64,000 nucleotides of DNA, taken from positions 32,001 through 96,000 of the forward strand of contig JBMYOQ010000006.1 of assembly GCA_049599475.1 (NCBI GenBank). Direction: 5' to 3'. This document shows, piece by piece, positions 62,193 through 64,000 of the stretch. Positions within the stretch are counted from its first letter, which is position 1; each line of letters opens with the position of its first letter. The notes under the pieces were generated by a model that was not told the DNA's origin, ran no database searches, and saw only the letters and a list, made by a program, of their open reading frames with translations. Origin of the DNA: Opitutales bacterium. Its GTDB lineage: Bacteria; Verrucomicrobiota; Verrucomicrobiia; Opitutales; JABSRG01. Position numbers and translations under genes: made by a program.

Positions 62193-62990
62193 ATGTCATT
62201 GATCGATAGCCATTGTCATCTGGAGAAATTTGCAAAAGCGGGGAATCTGAAAGCGATCCTGGATCGCGCTGTGGAGTCCGACGTTAAGCGGCTGATCACG
62301 GTGGGTACGGATGCGTCTGATTGGGGCCTTTACCGCGACCTTGCGAAGGCGTATCCGGACATGATCGCGTATACGGTAGGCATCCATCCGTGCTCTGTAG
62401 ATGCGAAGTGGAGGGAGCAGGCTCAGGCAGTCAGTAGTTTTTTTATCCCACCCGTAGCGCCTGTGGCTCTCGGTGAGATTGGCTTGGACTATTTTCATTT
62501 GCCCCAGGATGAGAAAGAGGCGGCGGAGTTGGTCGAATTCCAGAAAGATGCCTTTCGCTTCCAGCTCGATATTGCCTATCAATTGGATTGCCCGGTGGTG
62601 GTGCACAGTCGTCATGCCTTCAAGGATTGTGTGGATATGATCGATGAATCGGGGGTCGATTGGGCGCGTGTGGTCTTTCATTGTTTCTCAGAAGGGCCTG
62701 AATCGATGCAGCAGATTTTGGAGCGGGGTGGCTATGGTTCGTTTACCGGAATCATCACATACAAGAGCGCGGAAGATGTGCGTGAAGCGGCGAAGTTGCA
62801 GGGGGTCGACCGCCTGATGCTCGAGACGGATTGTCCATACCTCACGCCGGTGCCTCATCGTGGTAAACCAAATGAGCCTGCCTATCTCAAGCATACCGCG
62901 GCCTATGTGGCCGATATGTTTGGCATCACCGAGCAGGCCTTGGCTGAGAAGACGTCGCAGCGCGTCTGTGCCTTTTTCGATTTAGACTGA
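62193..62990 (+). CDS. tatD: TatD family hydrolase/DNase
   Basis: DSHCH, GIHP, GEIGLDY, HSR, FHCF and ETDCPYL motifs. Confidence 0.95.
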   Translation: MSLIDSHCHLEKFAKAGNLKAILDRAVESDVKRLITVGTDASDWGLYRDLAKAYPDMIAYTVGIHPCSVDAKWREQAQAVSSFFIPPVAPVALGEIGLDYFHLPQDEKEAAELVEFQKDAFRFQLDIAYQLDCPVVVHSRHAFKDCVDMIDESGVDWARVVFHCFSEGPESMQQILERGGYGSFTGIITYKSAEDVREAAKLQGVDRLMLETDCPYLTPVPHRGKPNEPAYLKHTAAYVADMFGITEQALAEKTSQRVCAFFDLD

Positions 62991-63085
62991 TTCGGGCTGT
63001 ATTCTCGAAGGTAGCCCGGTTTTATGGCTCAAGTTTGAACGAATAGTGTGGAACAGCTTTGTATGGGGCTGATAGTAATGCGCCA

Positions 63086-64000
63086 ATGAGTCCGATCCTA
63101 ATCGCATTTCTGGTTCTCCTAGTCCTCAAAACACTCGTCAGCCTGTACTTAGATTTTTTGAATCTGAAGCACGTCCAGGCACATGCTTCGGAGCGTCCGG
63201 AGGCCTTGAAATCGGTGGTGGATGCAGAGACATACGAGAAAACTGTGCGCTATACCCTGGCTAAGGGAAAATTTGGGGTATTCAACGGACTATTTGATGC
63301 AGTGGCGCTTGGGATCATCGTGGCGACGGGGTTCTTGGGAGGATCCTTTGTCTGGTTGACGGAGGCTTGGGGCGCAGGCATCTGGGCTCAAGCGGCCATC
63401 TTGTTTCTGATTCCAACAGTCTTAGGACTGCTTGATTTGCCTTTTGATTACTATTCTCAGTTCAAAATTGAAGCTGAGTTTGGCTTTAACAAGTCGACGG
63501 TGGGGCTCTGGGTCGCGGACCAGTTTCGCAATCTCGCAGTAGGGGCTCTGTTGATGATACCTCTCGTGGCGCTCCTGCTCTTCATTGTGCAATCGCTCCC
63601 GAATACATGGTGGCTATGGGGTTTCATACTCCTGTTTGGCTTTCAGCTGGTGATGATCGTGGTGTATCCGAAATTCATCATACCGCTGTATAATAAGTTG
63701 AGCCCCTTACCGGAGGGAGAGTTGAAAGAGCGTTTATTGGCGCTGGCCGAGAAACTCGACTTCCCCACAAAAACGATCGAAGTGATCGATGGCTCGAAAC
63801 GCTCCGGGCATTCCAATGCCTACTTTACTGGATTTGGGAAATTCAGGCAGGTGGTGATTTATGATACGCTGATTGAGCAGCTGGAGCCCGAGCAGCTTGA
63901 GGCGGTCCTTGCTCATGAGATCGGGCACTACAAGAAGGGACACATTCCCAAGACTTTGATCACCTTCGGTGTTGTTGGCCTAGCGGCGTTTGCCTTTATC
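63086..64000 (+). CDS. M48 (Ste24-like) membrane zinc peptidase, 3'-truncated; absent from the ORF track
   Basis: Manual translation: MSPILIAFLVLL...DGSKRSGHSNAYFTGFGK...AVLAHEIGH; no stop before the window end. Confidence 0.93.
   Translation, partial: MSPILIAFLVLLVLKTLVSLYLDFLNLKHVQAHASERPEALKSVVDAETYEKTVRYTLAKGKFGVFNGLFDAVALGIIVATGFLGGSFVWLTEAWGAGIWAQAAILFLIPTVLGLLDLPFDYYSQFKIEAEFGFNKSTVGLWVADQFRNLAVGALLMIPLVALLLFIVQSLPNTWWLWGFILLFGFQLVMIVVYPKFIIPLYNKLSPLPEGELKERLLALAEKLDFPTKTIEVIDGSKRSGHSNAYFTGFGKFRQVVIYDTLIEQLEPEQLEAVLAHEIGHYKKGHIPKTLITFGVVGLAAFAFI

Overview
A 64-kb bacterial chromosomal segment. Gene content and style (prepilin-type N-methylation gene, sulfatases, Opitutae-like housekeeping order) suggest Verrucomicrobiota/Opitutales; this is an inference, not a test. 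The core is housekeeping (pheA, scpB, ilvD, pgi, accA, nnr, hinT, nrdR, trpG, hrpB, kdsA, pyrG, tatD, Ste24-type M48 peptidase). Accessory modules include a 98-aa tandem-repeat acidic protein, a disrupted porin, an XylR/NRAMP-like/epimerase unit, FGE plus two sulfatases, a TetR redox operon, three secreted hydrolase-like genes, a split zinc-metalloprotease locus, a Tat-exported aminotransferase and a DUF3891/NMT1/deaminase operon. The most striking non-coding structure is a family of GTAG-REP doublets (REPIN-like) with a RAYT-type HUH transposase gene. Two copies of a nested composite repeat (9123-9417 and 31705-32144) hold the same 170-bp REPIN-containing core in opposite orientations relative to the same flanking arms. 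No rRNA, tRNA or CRISPR array was seen.
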